From: Hormiphora californensis
Taxonomy: Eukaryota; Animalia; Ctenophora
Length of the DNA stretch: 64,000 nucleotides
Assembly (NCBI GenBank): GCA_020137815.1
Contig: CM035354.1
Span: forward strand, 3,224,001-3,288,000
Direction: 5' to 3'
The position numbers were made by a program, and so were the translations under genes. The notes under the pieces were generated by a model. It saw only the letters and a program-made list of their open reading frames with translations. It did not search any database and had not been told where the DNA came from. Below are positions 62,001 through 64,000 of the stretch, piece after piece. Within the stretch, counting starts at the first letter, position 1. Every line of letters starts with the position of its first letter.

Positions 62001-62224
62001 CTTTTTACACCTCCTGTCAACTTCTTCCCTCCCACTCCCCCAACCCAGTAGTTACAGTTTACCACCCCCCCCAGTGGAGCCTGATTGCACAACGTTCAAA
62101 CAAAAAACTTTTTACACCTCCTGTCAACTTCTTCCCTCCCACTCCCCCAACCCAGTAGTTACAGTTTACCACCCCCCCCCCCCCCCCAGTGGAGCCTGAC
62201 TGCACAACGTTCAAACAAAAAACT
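62001..62224. repeat. Tandem duplication of about 107 bp
   Basis: CTTTTTACACCTCCTGTCAAC...CAACGTTCAAACAAAAAA occurs twice. Confidence 0.9.
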
Positions 62225-62284
62225 TAAGAACAGAATAGCCGTTGAAAATTTCAGGGTTTTGTTCTTAAAGTAAAAAGTAAATTT

Positions 62285-62355
62285 GTTATACGGGATTTGA
62301 ACCTTGGACCTCACGTCTCAAAGTTAGGCGCTCTAACCACTCGGCCATTACGGAG
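62285..62355 (-). pseudogene. tRNA-derived sequence (pseudo-tRNA or SINE head)
   Basis: A box TGGCCGAGTGGTTAGAGC and B box GGTTCAAATCC at tRNA spacing, but acceptor and anticodon stems do not pair well. Confidence 0.6.
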
Positions 62356-64000
62356 ATAGATTTCTAAAATTCTTAGGGGACTTATACCCGATCTGTGTCA
62401 CTAAAACGCAGTGGACCCATAAAAAAAAACAAATAACTTTGCCGTCAGTATGTATCGACAGAGTTAAGATGTTAAGTCGAGAAACACTGGATACCCTCCA
62501 AAAACCCCCCTACTAAAGGTTAAAACAACGTAAGACACGCTAACACCCTCCCCCATCCCCTAGCTATCTCTAGGATCACCATCCGAAAATGGCAGTCAAA
62601 TCGAAACGCTATCAACGCGTTACAGAAGGGGACACAGACCCGACACTATCACTTCTGCTGTCTCTGATAATACTTGCTACCGTGTACACAAGCATGGAAG
62701 AAGCGACAACGCAAACCCCATTTCCGACCCTCCAAGACAAAGGAGTGCAGACCCACGAATCGGGACAGACTATCAACACACACGGTAAGAACATACCCCC
62801 CTGTCTAACATACATCAGTCAACTAACTAAAACCCCCTACCTCGTCCCCAAACATATAAGTAAACATGTTAAGAAATAACATTAAATCTTGGTCATAAAT
62901 AGGGTGCACATCTGTAAGGCGCGAAGCCCCAGCCCAAACGAAAGTCCATACTCCCTGAGCGCGGATAGGCACGCGCGATAGGATTACATAGAATCTTCCA
63001 AGAACAAAGCAGTGACGTAATAATTCTAGAAAGTTACCCCTGAAGAGGGAGAGCAATCCTAATATTAGGTACCACTTCTGTTTTACTGCATTCTTGTGTG
63101 TGTTCTGCTTTCACAATGCTCGGTTAGTATACAAAGACCTAGACTAGACATAGAAAATAAACTCTAACAAAGTAACACCCTCAGTAAACTCCATTGCTTG
63201 CAATATTCCTCTAAATCTTCCCTGACCAGACCTTACAAACAAAGACATTCTTGGAATTCATAAAAGAAACCAAAAAGCTTGAAAATAAAAATACCGGGGC
63301 GCCCCCCCTCACTCCTCACCTTGTCATGGGGTAGCCCCGGTCCTCACCCATCTCACAACAAACCCACCGAGACGCCTCACGGCAACTCGACATCCCGGTG
63401 GTAACCAAGTTCTTCAGTCCATTCATTCACGTGCACTTGTAACCCCCAGCGGTGGCTAATCCCAAACCCGGGAAGCCTTCCATGGTCAACCGTGGGCCCC
63501 TAACAAAGGCCCCAAAATGCACCAACCGCTTTCAACAACAACAACAACAACCCTATGTACGGTGGATCATAATTATCGAGCCACCCAACTAAGTATCAAC
63601 TCTCAGATTGCTGAGTGAGGTTCACAAAAGTTTTCATAACCCTCCATAACATAAATGTATCAAAATTAGTATCAAAATCTTTGCCATGCTACGGCCCCGG
63701 TGTGAGAGCGGACAGACTGGGAACATGTCAACAAAATCTTATTATTCAATACAAAAAGGACCCAAACTTGATTCACCGACGACCAACCTTAAATCGTCGT
63801 CAAGAATCACATCCCTCAATATGATATCTTTCTCTCTCCCCTTTAAAGATTTATGGGATCACATATGTGCACATGCCGCACACTGCACTGTATCCCAGTC
63901 TCTCTTTCACTTTTTCTCTCTCGAGTCTCGGATCACATATCGCATTTTTGCTCATGTTCGGTATCTCCTTCTCCATCTTCCTTTCTGTGGCTCACATCTC

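Noticed and set aside
62285-62355. Functional tRNA gene
   Set aside because: Acceptor and anticodon stems do not pair; kept only as a tRNA-derived relic.

Overview
Eukaryotic (animal) genomic DNA, most likely from a ctenophore. The inference rests on a 17-nt match to the 3' end of the ctenophore spliced leader as I recall it, unpaired splice acceptors just upstream of nearly every ATG, compact genes with short introns, and an Mgm101 gene. Genes recognised: SCAP (-), MYPT1/PPP1R12-like (-), MRM2/FtsJ2 (-), C19orf53-like (+), a TAF3/TAF8-type BTP fragment (+), a transmembrane adenylyl cyclase (+), ATPase inhibitor IF1 (+), TAX1BP1/CALCOCO-like (+), and a tight minus-strand run of FAF2/UBXD8, RBMX2, ELAV-like and MGM101. 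About 12.7-16.6 kb is homopolymer-garbled, low-quality sequence, and other patches carry probable indel errors. Three observations stand out. (1) An intact, intronless, ORF1-only retroposon whose 5' end is a spliced-leader relic, with a polyA/(TAA)n tail and a target-site duplication; it may be a promoterless element that rides on SL trans-splicing. (2) Repeated tandem amplification of exact exon/intron junctions (seven cases plus one stop codon, including two arrays of about 13 and 16 decoy 3' splice sites). (3) Four unrelated fold-back elements, all with TAG...CTA termini and 3-4 bp TSDs (Academ-like). No databases were searched; all calls come from reading the sequence.
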